Shown: positions 35,489 to 48,105 of the stretch, in pieces
How the letters are laid out: the number at the start of each line of letters is the position of its first letter
How positions within the stretch are numbered: the stretch's first letter is position 1
Assembly (NCBI GenBank): GCA_032718475.1
Contig: JAUCBJ010008887.1
Location: forward strand, 1-64,000
Direction: 5' to 3'
Length of the DNA stretch: 64,000 nucleotides
Source of the DNA: Nemertoderma westbladi
Taxonomy: Eukaryota > Animalia > Xenacoelomorpha
Notes under the pieces: model-generated
Databases searched by the model: none
What the model saw: the letters and a program-made list of their open reading frames with translations, nothing else
Told to the model about the DNA's origin: nothing
Program-made: the position numbers and the translations under genes

Positions 35489-35942
35489 TTACTGCGTGTG
35501 TAGAGTTTGTCCGATAGAGTGCCAGTTAGTAAGTTGGGGCAGCCATAGCTGTAAGGTCAATCCCCTCTTAAAGAATAAGTCGTACTACCGTGTTAGAACG
35601 CATACTAACTAACCATTTTGGAATCTGCACATACTGTAGTTTATTTAGGCTTGACAGTATTCTGCCAACGTTTTGGCCTGTGTTTGTTTGTGTGGTCTAT
35701 TCAGGTACCGTAATAGTTATTACTCAGATATTTTGTAGGCTGGATTGTTGTCTAGCTATTATTAGGTCTGAAGAGATTGCTGCGTGTGTAGAGTTTGTCT
35801 GATAAAGTGCCAGTTAGTAAGTTGGGGCAGCCATAGCTGTAAGGTCAATCCCCTCTTAAAGAATAAGTCGTACTACCGTGTTAGAACGCATACTAACTAA
35901 CCATTTTGGAATCTGCACATACTGTAGTTTATTTAGGCTTGA
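35489..35942 (+). repeat. Direct repeat (period 288 bp, near-identical core about 165 bp) in the 2.2-kb 5' leader of A2
   Basis: ctgcgtgtgtagagtttgtc...gtttatttaggcttga at about 35489-35654 and about 35777-35942. Confidence 0.9.
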
Positions 35943-37307
35943 TGGTAGTCTGCCAGCGTTTGGTTTGTATTTTGTTTGAGTATTCTGTACGGGTAGCGTA
36001 ATATTTATTATTCAGAGTTTATGCGATTATTCGCAACATTCATGTCCCCAAGTTTATTCCTACAGTAATTGTGCTTGTTACACATACCGTTATAGTTAAA
36101 TTAACCCCGGTACTACACGGGCTGCTTGGCGTAGGAAAAGACTGGTGATTTTGTGCACCGGTCACTCCAGCAGATGCCGTGGTTCTTTTAACTGTTCAAG
36201 TATCTTTAACTATTGATTATTTGTTGTACCAGTACTTGTACCTAATTTAGGGTTTAGTGTACAATGCTTTCCGAAGTAATTAGTGTGTAGGCAGTATATT
36301 TGTGTTGTAAAGTGGTTAATAGGCACGTTGGATCTGGTAGTCCGTGGTAATTAACTTCCAGGTAGGAACACTCCCTGATACATAACGTAGTACCTATAGC
36401 GATACGGCTATAGGTCGTCAGGCGGTGGTATTTTCCTATCTGGACAGTGCAATATATTTACTACTACTTATTATTTTCAAATACCGTAGTACCCTGTCCG
36501 TTGTAATAACCAGAATTCTAACCCTTTGTTAGGCTGGTTTGTAGACTTCCTGTAAAATTACCCTAAAATTTCGTACGTAATATTTTTGTTGTGTTTAATT
36601 AGAGATTTAATCTCACCCGTATCGTAAGTAATTTGTAGTATTAAGTAACTTAGGTAAATTAGAATTATCTGTTTTAGTGTCCCAAAGGTAGCACTTCACT
36701 GAGAGCGCACAGCTTCTGTGTAGTGACTCCCCCAGAAATAATAACATTTATTTCAAATCTTGACAAAACCCCTTTTAAACGGGTATATATCTATTATAAA
36801 TCAACTCAAACGATTTATAAATAGTAGGCCTGCCATACAACAACTAGGTCTCAATATCAGTTGGACTACTGCTTAAATAACGGTAACAAAGTAAGTTAAA
36901 GTAACCAAGTAACCCTAAAATATTCAGAAATTCAATTATTCTAAAATAATTGACATACCGGTATTTACCATAGGCTTATTATATTTATTTCTATAAATTT
37001 GAGCTGAAATCATACCGGTATTCTGTAATTAATTCTAGTTCATAATTATACTTATATATACTATAAGTGTAAGCTGCATACCGGGATTCACGATAGGCCT
37101 ATTATATATTTATATATATTTGTGTTAAAATTATATACCGGTACTCGGTGACAAACCTAGTTTACAATACTTCTATATATTATAAGTGTATACCGGTGTT
37201 CTAATATACTGTAATAAATTACCGGTACTATGCCAACGGTCATACTGAATTACTAGACTTGCTTTAACTGTAACTATAGCAGTAAGCATTCAACTGTATA
37301 GCTAAAC

Positions 37308-40300
37308 ATGTCTGACACCCAGCAAAACCTGTCAGACAGTCTAATCGATACAACCATCTGTGACACAGATAGGAGTGTGGAGCGATTAAGAAAGGAGTTC
37401 AGCTCACCTCCTACTGAAAGAAAGGTCATCCCTCCAGTAGTAGTATCAGACCCTAAGCTAATCCAACACCGTAGGTCTATCATCGGCACTCGGGCCCAAG
37501 TCAAACGGAACCAGGAAGCAGCTGTCCAACAGCAGCAACATCCTAGTCAAGAAACTTGTTCCCAGCGATCCGATAGCTCCAGTAGTTCGGATGCTGTAGA
37601 GCTGACCCCCGAACGCAGAGTGCAGATGACGGCTACAGCCTACTCGGATCCCCTTCTCACCCTTCCTTCCGCAGTGCTAACTACTATATTGATTGCGGTG
37701 GAGGAACATCAAGCCGATTGGGCGAGAAGTAAGCGAGCGACCCAAGATAGTTATGCGGGATACGCCAGGGAAGAATTGATGTCTATTGTCGAGTCACAAT
37801 GGAACTTTCCCGGACCCGGACTCCCGTTAGATTTGTCCGAAGCTACTTGGGAAGACATACACAGGATGGGAGTGACTAAAGATACAATGGATCCAGCTGT
37901 TTGGAAGAGGTCGGCAGCAGGATATGTGCAGGGATTCTTCGGCTCCTTAGAGCGATTAGAAGAACAACTGTTTCGACAACCCCAAGGACCTCAAGAGCAG
38001 GAAGAGCTGCTATATCAAGTACGCGAAAGAACCCTACGCATAAGACTAATCTTGTCAGCCTTTGAGGAAACTTCCAAAAGAAGACAGGACACGTCGCTGC
38101 AGGTTGCTGTCAAGACTTGGTTCCAGCGGGTAAGTCTCAAAGTACAAGAAACTGCCCAGTGGAAATCCCAGCTGGCTGAGAGACCAACCTATGAAGAACC
38201 AACCGATGCCACCCTTTCTCAAGCGGAAAGCGAAGTGACAGCAGAGAGACCGCGAACTAGAGACGCTATCGACATTTATCTGTCCGACTATCAGCGATTC
38301 CTAGGAGACGAAGAGTTGAGGAGACGGCTGTCTGGACTTTCCCCTAATAGTGAAGGAACCAAGCTTGTGTTGGACGCAATCGATACTGAGATGATAGCTG
38401 CGGACCAAGCTAAATTTGATGAACGTCTCAGCATAGCTAGAGCTCAAGAAGAACAAGTAAAGAAAAGGCGGATTGAAGACAAAAAGGCAGCAGCAATAGC
38501 AGCGGCAATGGCAACAGCAGAAGCAGACAGAAAGGCGGAAAGAAAGGCGGCAGAAGCAGCGGCCGAAGCGGAAATAAAAGCGGCGGAGGCAAAAGCAGAA
38601 GCAGACAGAAAGGCGGCAGAAGCAGCGGCCGAAGCGGAAATAAAAGCGGCGGGGGCAAAAGCAGAAGCAGACAGAAAGGCGGCAGAAGCAGCGGCCGAAG
38701 CAGACAGAAAGGCGGAAAGAAGGGCGGCGGAGGCAGTGGCAGAAGCAGAACGGAGAGCGTCTGAGCAGACCGCCCAGCTGGAGTTAGAAAATCTGCAGGA
38801 GACGCAAGACAGCATCGGTAGGCAGTTAACAGACAGTCGAATGCAGATGATGAGTCGATCTACTTCCAAACGCCAAGGCTATACATCATCGGAGGAAGGG
38901 GATACCACCGATCCTGAAGGTGGAGGAAATCAATCTCGTCTCAGTAGACGTAGAAGAACATCTCACCGTCATAAATTGCCTGATTTGCCCCCAGCCGTTA
39001 GAAGACATTTAGCTAGCACAACAGTAGGTAGTACAGAACCCACAGACCGAATTATTACCGTCAACAGACTCCCTACTATAACAGATGAGCCTGAAATAAT
39101 TAGGCCTTTTCTCGAAGCCACCCCTTCGGTGCTAGAGACACCTGTACTCCCTGAAACAAACTCTAAATTCCATTTACACAGTACTACACTGCATGTACCC
39201 GGTAGAACAGTCCATGAGAATATCCCTGTCCTGGAAGCTGAGAGAGAAATCAAAGATTTGTCTCCCGTCGTCCCGCGTCAGCCTGCTACAATGTTGGCGA
39301 CTCCCGCTTCGGCGGTCGAGTGGGTAGAGGAGGGACGGCGGGGGATGAATCTCCTGCTCGGACAGATGCAGGAGACTGTCCACCAACTTAAGGGAACAGT
39401 AAGGGAAGGTAGGGCCGAATTGCAAGAAGTGCAGCAAAGTATCGCGCTAGAACGCGACAAATTAGTCAATATACAAAATGGTATACCAATACCCCCTGTA
39501 ACATTGTGTCAACCTGTTAGGTCTGAAGTATTACATGCGCAAGGTGTGGAGCCTACACGCATCTATACTGCTAGTGAAGTAGAAACTCCTATAGCAAACC
39601 CTATTAAGGGTGATTATAAACCTGTTGTTAATGATATTCCCTATAGACCTGATAATGATCCGAGAAATTTATATACCGATAATTCGATATTAAATAACAC
39701 GATGGCCCAAGAAAGCTTTACGCGTCAGATGGCTAGAACAGAAGCCCGCCAAGCGGTCAAAGTGGGAGAGATCGTCAAATTCAATGGAGATGAGATGAAA
39801 TGGTTACCTTTCAATGAATATTACAAAGACAGCATACAGAACTCTGTACTATCTAACGGAGAGAAACTTAGGTTCCTCATCAAGTGCTTGGAAGGACCTC
39901 CCAAGTTAATGGCGTTAAAGTTCATTGGACATCCAGAAGGATTAAGACAAGTTTGGGATACATTAAACATCAGGTATGGTAACAAGGATAACATAGCTAA
40001 GTATTTGTATGCAAAATTAGTAGCCCCCCGAAACTTCCTTAGTAGCGGGATTATAGAGTTTTCTGATGAGATTCAGGAGATCTGTAGACAATTGGACTGG
40101 TTAGGTAAGTTTCATGAATATCAGAGTTCCATGGTTATTGGAGCAGTAGTCTCTACTTTACCAAAGGGTGGAGTATGTACACGCTGGGACAAGAAAGTGT
40201 TGTATATGAATGAGCAGCAACGACGAAGCCCTACCATGGCTGATCTCATGTCCTTCTTAGATGGTGAAGTAAAACTACAACTCATCAAGCAGTCCAGAGA

Positions 40301-40955
40301 AAAAACATCGGAAAATAAGGTAAGTGAGAAACCCGTTTCTAGGAGAAGAGTCACACCGGTGTGTTACACTGACGACGGCGAAAGCCAAGCTTCTCAAGAA
40401 GAGGACAGCGGGAAAGACACTGATAGATCTTACTACGTTGACAAAACCTCAAAAGACGTAAGTAAATACAAGGCTCGAAACAACGATAGGAGAGAACAGG
40501 TTGCCAAGACCCCTCCTCAGTCTCCTAATAGAATGCACCGAAGAAAGCCCGAAGAAAGAACGAGAGTGCATCAGGTTACCCAAGGTAAAGTGAGTAACAT
40601 AAAACCTAACTGTGCGCTGTGCGACGGGACCCACCGTTTGAGTGCGTGTGCTGAATTTCTAAAGAAATCCCTTGTAGACAGACGTGCAGTCGTGTGGGAT
40701 AAGCGGTTATGCTATAATTGCCTCAGACCAGGACACCAACGGCGAACCTGTTACTCCGACGTAAAGTGTGCAAAGTGTGACGCGAAACATCACATCTTGT
40801 TACACAGTGAGTTCGAACGAGACAACGCGAGTAAGGTAAGTGAGCCCGAACTACATGTCCAATTGAGTGATGTAAACGACACTGATCAAGAATCTGAGAT
40901 GGAAGGATTCTATACTGACGAATATATACCGACGCCAACGAATCCTGTTATCTAA
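37308..40955 (+). CDS. gag: BEL/Pao Gag with long N-terminal extension
   Basis: KFNGDEMKWLPF...EKLRFLIKCLEG (DUF1759-like capsid region) and the BEL-type triple Cys-His array CALCDGTHRLSAC, CYNCLRPGHQRRTC, CAKCDAKHHILLH. Confidence 0.93.
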   Translation: MSDTQQNLSDSLIDTTICDTDRSVERLRKEFSSPPTERKVIPPVVVSDPKLIQHRRSIIGTRAQVKRNQEAAVQQQQHPSQETCSQRSDSSSSSDAVELTPERRVQMTATAYSDPLLTLPSAVLTTILIAVEEHQADWARSKRATQDSYAGYAREELMSIVESQWNFPGPGLPLDLSEATWEDIHRMGVTKDTMDPAVWKRSAAGYVQGFFGSLERLEEQLFRQPQGPQEQEELLYQVRERTLRIRLILSAFEETSKRRQDTSLQVAVKTWFQRVSLKVQETAQWKSQLAERPTYEEPTDATLSQAESEVTAERPRTRDAIDIYLSDYQRFLGDEELRRRLSGLSPNSEGTKLVLDAIDTEMIAADQAKFDERLSIARAQEEQVKKRRIEDKKAAAIAAAMATAEADRKAERKAAEAAAEAEIKAAEAKAEADRKAAEAAAEAEIKAAGAKAEADRKAAEAAAEADRKAERRAAEAVAEAERRASEQTAQLELENLQETQDSIGRQLTDSRMQMMSRSTSKRQGYTSSEEGDTTDPEGGGNQSRLSRRRRTSHRHKLPDLPPAVRRHLASTTVGSTEPTDRIITVNRLPTITDEPEIIRPFLEATPSVLETPVLPETNSKFHLHSTTLHVPGRTVHENIPVLEAEREIKDLSPVVPRQPATMLATPASAVEWVEEGRRGMNLLLGQMQETVHQLKGTVREGRAELQEVQQSIALERDKLVNIQNGIPIPPVTLCQPVRSEVLHAQGVEPTRIYTASEVETPIANPIKGDYKPVVNDIPYRPDNDPRNLYTDNSILNNTMAQESFTRQMARTEARQAVKVGEIVKFNGDEMKWLPFNEYYKDSIQNSVLSNGEKLRFLIKCLEGPPKLMALKFIGHPEGLRQVWDTLNIRYGNKDNIAKYLYAKLVAPRNFLSSGIIEFSDEIQEICRQLDWLGKFHEYQSSMVIGAVVSTLPKGGVCTRWDKKVLYMNEQQRRSPTMADLMSFLDGEVKLQLIKQSREKTSENKVSEKPVSRRRVTPVCYTDDGESQASQEEDSGKDTDRSYYVDKTSKDVSKYKARNNDRREQVAKTPPQSPNRMHRRKPEERTRVHQVTQGKVSNIKPNCALCDGTHRLSACAEFLKKSLVDRRAVVWDKRLCYNCLRPGHQRRTCYSDVKCAKCDAKHHILLHSEFERDNASKVSEPELHVQLSDVNDTDQESEMEGFYTDEYIPTPTNPVI

Positions 40956-43900
40956 TCAATACCGCGGTGTATCGAGCACTTACTTATGAAAAGGACACCG
41001 ACAATGAGTTCCCCCCAACTACCTTTAACAGACAACCATCTTGGAAAGCTCCAACTTCCAACGTAGGAATCAGAGAATTTCCTGTAGTGCAGGCAAGAGT
41101 TCACGGTCCTAACAAAAGTTACATAGTGAACGCACTCCTTGACTCCGGCAGCACAGGAACATTCATCGATCAAGAACTAGCCGAAGATATCTTTGCTGGA
41201 CAACCCAAATTCCGGACTAAATTGAATATGTCAGGAATTATGCAGGTTTGGAAATCTACCCTAACGGCAGACTACTATGTAGGTGTGTTGTCCACCCCCA
41301 GGATAAATTAGGAGCACAAGGTATAAGGTCGGTAAAAATGGTGGCTATAAAGAACTTCGCTACTACCCAAGCAGACCTTTATAATTGGGACGAGGATGAG
41401 AGCATCCAACATCTTAAGATACCTCGATTCCAGACAGATTATCCTGGAGTGCAAATACTCATCGGCCAGAACGCGCATGAGGCGCTCGAGACATTGGAGA
41501 AACGGCCTGCTCAACCGCAGCCACTGCAAACCTATGCGGTAAGAACTAGAGTAGGTTGGTACTTTACTGGCCCTTCCCGCAGGACTCTCGAAGAGAGAAT
41601 GCCACAAGAACGAATATACCAAGTAAACGATTGGGAAGTGGAGAGCAGTGAGGTGGACGAACTAACTGAGGGAACACCATACTCCTCAGATAATGACGAC
41701 ATCTACCAACTCTTCGATGAAGAGAACACAATCGACCTACTTACAGAAAACCAAACTTGGAAAAATCAGGTGAACCTATGTCAACTGATTCGCCCATCGG
41801 AACCCATCGCTTACAATGATGAACTAAACGATGAGATAGAGCGCTACAACGCTAGAACTCGGGACGAACTAGCCGTACGATTCTTTACTCAAGAACTGGT
41901 AGAGCCCAATTCATATGATAAGGCCCTATCGATAGAAGAAGAAAGAGCCAAGCAAATCCAGGAAACAACTACACGTTTTTTAAAGGACCAAGGTAGATAT
42001 GAAATCGGCCTACCATTTCGAAAACGAGAACCTAGATTTATAAATAACAGACCCTTGGCAGAGAAAAGAATCGCGCAATTACATCGACGCCTTACGGCTA
42101 ATGCTTCAGCTAAAGAAATGTACCAAACTCAGCTGAAGAAATTTATAACAAAGGGATACGCGGAGCGAGTACCGGAAGGAACACCAGTGACTGAGAGAAC
42201 GTATTACTTAACACATCATTACGTTCCCAAACCCGGTAAACCCCATGAAGTACAAGTCGTATTCGATGGCTCCGCGCTATATATGGGCCAATCCCTCAAT
42301 TCCGAGTTGTTACCAGGACCCAACTTACTCCAATCTTTGTTGGGAATACTTTTAAGATTAAGACAATATTCCATCGCGTTCGCCTCCGATATAGAAGGAA
42401 TGTTCTTACAAGTCAAGGCGCTGGATAGAGATAGAGACAGCCTGAGATTTCTGTGGTGGCCTGAAGGAGACCTCAATCAGAAACCGGTAGAGTACTGGAT
42501 GACCATCCAGGCTTTTGGAATCATATCAAGCCCTTCCAACGCCTGCTCCTTGGTGCGAACCACTGCGAATGACAACCGAGACTCCTTCTCAAAAGAGGTG
42601 ATAGACAACATCAAACGTAATATATACATGGACGACAATTTAAGGTCCCTTCCATCAGTAGAAGAAGCCATAGATGTCGTGAAAGGAACGGTAGAGTGTT
42701 TGAAAAGAGGTGGATTTCGACTGACGAAATTCACCAGCAACTCCCGTGAGTTTCTGGAAGCGATACCGGTAGAAGACCGAGGAGCGAAAGACCTAGACTT
42801 AATAAAGGACGATCTTCCTGAAACCAAGACGCTTGGCTTGAAGTGGGACACTGAAAGAGACATCCTGTTTTTTCAGTTAAAACAGCGAGATAATCCAGTT
42901 CGGACCAAACGGATTTGTTTAAGTATCCTGAGCACTTATTTCGACCCATTGGGATTTATTAGACCAGTTATATTGATTGCTCGGAGTTTAGTACAACAAA
43001 TGTGGCTTGAAAACCACTCATGGGACGATTCGCTTAAGGGAGAATTGTTAAAGAAATGGATGAAATGGGAAGATTCTCTACCTGCCATCGAGAACTTTAT
43101 AATTTCCCGTGCATATTTTGGCCATGTTCTTCCTACGTATTCCTATCAACTCCATGTGTTTGGAGACGCCAGCGACATGGGAATAGGTATAGTAGCATAT
43201 CTGCGAGTCGAAACTCCGGATGGAATCAAAGTCGCCTTGGTTACCTCTAAGGCATTGATTAACAACAAGTTAAAGGTTCCTCGAGCGGAGTTAAAGGCGG
43301 CTTTATACGCTACAGCCATCGGCCGGAACGTAACGGAACAAATCGACTATCCACTGGAGAAAACAGTTTATTGGACCGACGCTTTACTCGTATCTAACCA
43401 ATGAAGTCTGTCAGTTCAGCGTTTTTGTTACTAACAGAGTAGCTATTATTCTTAGTCGCACAAAGATAGATCAATGGAGACATTGTCCTGGTACGATTAA
43501 TCCAGCCGATATCGCCTCCAGGGGAGCAACTCCACAGGAACTGATAGATACTCCAGATTGGTTGGGTGGACCCGACTTCCTGAGCAAGGAAGAAGATGAA
43601 TGGCCTCCTCACCTTACTACGGCAGAGATTAGACAAGCCAAGGGAGCGGAGACAGTCAAACCTAAAACCCGGGCGAGTAAATCGAAGCTATTTAAACCGA
43701 CGATCGATCTATCTGTATTACATACTTCCGGAAATGACGCTTCGGATCCACAATCCCTCGCCACAAATAAGTCTGTTGTGGAAATTAGAGATAGAGATCG
43801 GAATAGAGATGGAAATCTGGAATACCAGACATCTCGCAAGGAATCTCACCCATGCTGCAGAGAGCAATGCATCACTACAGTTCCTGGAATCGGCTCTGTA

Positions 43901-45513
43901 AAGCCGTCACATATTTAAGGAGATGTTTTCATCATCACTACTCCAGGACGAAGACCATTAGTGATACCGCTCCATTGACATCTGCGCAAGTTCATGTTAT
44001 TAAAAATTTACCCAAATATAAAACATCCGACCGGTTTCTAAAGGAGAAAATTAGTTACCAGGAGCATGAAGAAACCAATAAGCAGATACTGAGACTCCTG
44101 CAATGCTATGAGGATTCCGATAAGTATTTCCTGTTGTTGAGAAATCCGCAGATGCGCTTAAGGGATCGATTCTCTAGCACAATGATAGATGGGTTAATAC
44201 GTGTTGGAGGAAGGCTCACCAATGCGCCATTATCCTTTGACACTAAATTCCCCATACTCATTAGAAATCTTGAAGTACAAATCAAGATTATTGTAGATGT
44301 TCACAGCAAACTTTATCATGCTGGTAGAGAACGAGTTCTTAGCGAAATTCGAACTCGCTATTATTTTGATAAACCCCGTAGAGCTCTGAACCAAGTTCTT
44401 AGGAACTGCATACCCTGTAGGAAAGCATTCAGTAGGCCTTTAACACAGCGAGAGGCAGAATTACCTAGGGAACGAGTAAGCTTCTATGAACCACCTTTTA
44501 CTAATACTGGTGTAGATTTATTTGGCCCTATTGAAGTATATCGTGCTAGGACTATAGTCAAGAGATGGTGTGTCATCTTCGTATGCATGACTTGTAGAGC
44601 CATCCATCTCGATATGGTGAACGATCTATCTACCAACAGCTTCGTCTTAAGTTTACGCCGACAGATCGCTCGCTTCGGGACGAGTAATACCATGAGATCG
44701 GATAAGGGAACGAACTTCATTGGTGCCAACAACGAAATACAGGCTTACGTGAAGGACTGGAACCAAAGACAGGTGGACGATCAGCTAAGGATAACAGCGT
44801 CTAGCTGGACCTTCAACGCCGCCGACGCCCCTTGGTGGGGAGGAAGTTGGGAGAGATTAATTAGAAGTGTCAAGACCGCATTTCACTTTATAGTGCCATG
44901 CCACGCGTATGTCACCGACGAACTTTTGCGGACGTTAATGGAGGAAATAGCTGCCTATCTCAACGAGAGACCGCTTATGCCAGTCTCATCGAGTCCCGAT
45001 TCCCTGGAAGCGCTAACACCTGCGCACTTCCTACTGAAGAAACCTGTAGCCATGCTCCCACGATCGGAGATTGCCGACGGAGACGAATACTGCCGTCGAA
45101 CTTGGCAACTTATGCAGTTGCTATCCCGTAGTTTCGCTGACCATTTCGAGAAACATTATCTGCCCACGCTACAACTTCGAACTAAGTGGTTTGCGCAGCA
45201 AGAAAACGTCAGCGCCGGAGATATGGTGCTTATTGTAGATTCAGACCTCCCACGTAAACGGTGGCAGACAGGTCGTATCATCGAGACTCACATCTCAGAT
45301 GATGGTTTAGTACGCTCGGTAGAACTCGTCGTCATGCGGCGTAACTTCAAGAAGCCAGGCATAATCTTTGAGACGCAACAACTCAACCGCCCAGTTGGTC
45401 GTTTATGTTTACTGGAAAGAGACAGAGAACTCTCCGGAAACTATGGAAGGCAAGACACTCTTCCCACGACCACCTCCCTAATTCCTCAAACATCTAGGGA
45501 CTCCCCAACATGA
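40922..45513 (+). pseudogene. pol: BEL/Pao pol (protease, RT, RNase H, integrase) with several frameshifts
   Basis: ALLDSGS; RYEIGLPF, VVFDGSA, SDIEGMFLQV, LRFLWW, YMDD; LHVFGDAS, YWTDA; GVDLFGP, SDKGTNF, GGSWERLIRSVK, LTPAHFL. Frame breaks near 40925, 41295, 43390 and 43800-43850. Confidence 0.95.
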
Positions 45514-46942
45514 TACGTCTGGAGTGGGTGTATGACTATATTGTTTTATCTATTTTATTATATTTTTATATGCGAACTTTATTATGTACTTTATTATAAT
45601 CGTTTTTATTCAATTTTATTTAGTAGAAGGTTATTTTAGATTATTTGGTAGATTAGTGCAATATATTAGTGTTTATTACGTAATTACATATATATAATAT
45701 ATATTTAGTGTGACGGCGAGAAATAATTTTTCTCTTTCCTTACTGTCCGTATCATATTATAAATACGTGACTACAGTAAGATGAAATGTCCGTACTTATT
45801 AAAGTACAATAAAGCCCCTACTATATTTAAGTATTATTGGTAGGCAGAGTATTAGGAATGCAAAGTTCAGATCCTCGTGTCTCGGCTAAACCAAGCTCTG
45901 GGAAGACCTTGGAAACGACTTGCCTCTTCACACTGACATTGCTTCGTGCGATATTGCTCTTCTACCTTATATTAAATAATACATATAGTAGCGTGATGTC
46001 CATATAACAGTAGCGTAAAACGCAAATAAATCTGTTAAACCTTTTGACCATCTGTAATTCTAGTCGATTAAGATATCGCGGCACCCACCGATATACTTGA
46101 AAGACAAATTCTAGAATCAGTGGTTAACGTCCTCAGACAAGTTCTGGAATAAATCGGTGCCCATCTTAAATATTAATTTAATATTTATTAAAATCTGTAA
46201 AATTCAGATCCATTAACAATTCTAGTCGATTAAGATATCGTAGCACTTACCGATACTCTTAAAGGACAAATTTCATAGAATTAAGGATCCTATGTCCCCA
46301 GACCTGCTCTGGAATCAAATTGTGTCAATTTTAACATCAAATAATAAAATTCACGGGAATAAATTTAAATTCATATTTTAAACGAATTTCATAAATTGTC
46401 GTTTTGTGCAATTTATAACATTCCCAAAATTCCATTAATTAATAGATCATGGGAGTGGAGATTCATCCTATTGAGTGTATTAGAGTGCGAGAATCTCCAA
46501 CATATAGTCAATAGCCGATAAAATTAATAAAATCATACATAAGGAGGATATTGACAATTAAAGAATTACTATTAAATAGCATTCCAGATCTGTATGCATG
46601 AGAATTACCCTAATTCTACCGCTAGCTTTCCATAATGTCACCATAGCAACAACCACGCTAGAATTAGAAGTGAGTTAAAATAACAATAGAAAGCTTACCA
46701 CAGTGAATAGCATGCCTAATAAATAGCATCTTGATAGTATCTAAGGATACATAATAATAACGTGGCATTCTGGAAGGCATCTGCCTAACGGACAAATGGC
46801 CCTAATTTGTACAAATTGTGGCAGGAATGTGGAATTTGTGTATTTATAGGTGAATGTTACTACTAAAGTGTGTTTACAGTAGCGAGCCGCAATTGTGAAA
46901 GTTATCCTACATCTGTATCAAGTACCTCCAGGATATTCGAGC

Positions 46943-47610
46943 TGTGACGGGATCCAGGAAGGATCCAGATTTATCCGTTTGTCAGTTCACGCGTCCCCGC
47001 CGTGTGTGAAAGATAAAGAGTTTCTGTTGTTCGTTGTATTGCAATGTTCGAGGTATATACAATATAGATATAGATAATGATGACTGGTAATATTGTTGTA
47101 CACGGAAGGCGGGAGACGGTAACTGAAATCCCGGTACTTCCCTAGCTAAACTATTCTTACAGTAGTACCAATAACACTGAGATAACTGAGGTAATATGAT
47201 TACTGGTTACTGGTTATATTGCACGGTGGCCTTATTGCTCTACTCAATCGGTGCCTTCCCCCCTCCGATTGGTTGATACCCTTGTTGGCGCCCTTTGGAG
47301 TGTCCCGTTCACTCCACCTGTTCTCTCTTGGTTAGGGGTTTGGCCCCTGACCCTTATTGTGTGGTTCACCTTCCCATTTTGTTGGGGTGGCGCGAGTTGG
47401 TTGATTGCCCAATCTCGAGGCCCCCAATATTGCTTATCGGCTTAACTTTTATGGGGTGTTAGCGGGATTGGATAAGCTAACACTCCCCCCCATGCTATCT
47501 TCCCGGTGAGAAGATAGCATCAACCGAAAAGTGCGCTACAATCCCGCTGGATCCCGATCTAGCATCGGGTGTGGGGTGGAAATCTTTTCTCTCGGAGTCG
47601 GCTTTCCAGG
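46943..47610 (-). mobile_element. Antisense fragment of a family-B element (3' LTR 46943-47482, PPT and about 120 bp of 3' UTR) inside A2
   Basis: Reverse complement of 8231-8902, including the PPT and the adjacent hairpin. Confidence 0.93.
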
Positions 47611-48105
47611 AAGTCGGCTTTTCCTTTCTAGAATTAGAAGCAAGTTAAGAGAACAATAGAAAGCTTGTCCCATTGCATAGCATAGAGAATACATAGCACA
47701 CTGTTAGTATCCAAGGATACACAGTAATAACGTGACATTCTGGAATGCACTGACTAACGGACAAATGGCCTGTATGTGTACAATTGGTGACAGTTGTGTG
47801 GAATTTGTGCGTTTATAGGTGAATGTTACTGCTAAAGTATGTTTACAGTAGCTAGTCGCAATTGTAAAAGTAGCCCAACTCTCCTATAGAAAGAACCTCA
47901 AGTGGATCCAAGCCTTTGGGACGGACAGTGGAGTGACTTGTGCCGGTTATCGTTGTCGTGCTGTTGCTACATGTTGGCGTAAACACCGCGACGACGGTAC
48001 ATCGGCGCTGAGAATCCCACTGTCCGGGGGCAAAGAGAAGTAGGCAGCGACGCCCGCTCGCCTAAATATAAACTCATTTGATATTAATAAACTCAGATAG
48101 CAGAT

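Noticed and set aside
40915-40970. Programmed gag-pol ribosomal frameshift
   Set aside because: No X XXY YYZ slippery heptamer; the break falls in a TATATA run, BEL/Pao elements normally have one ORF, and this copy has other lesions.
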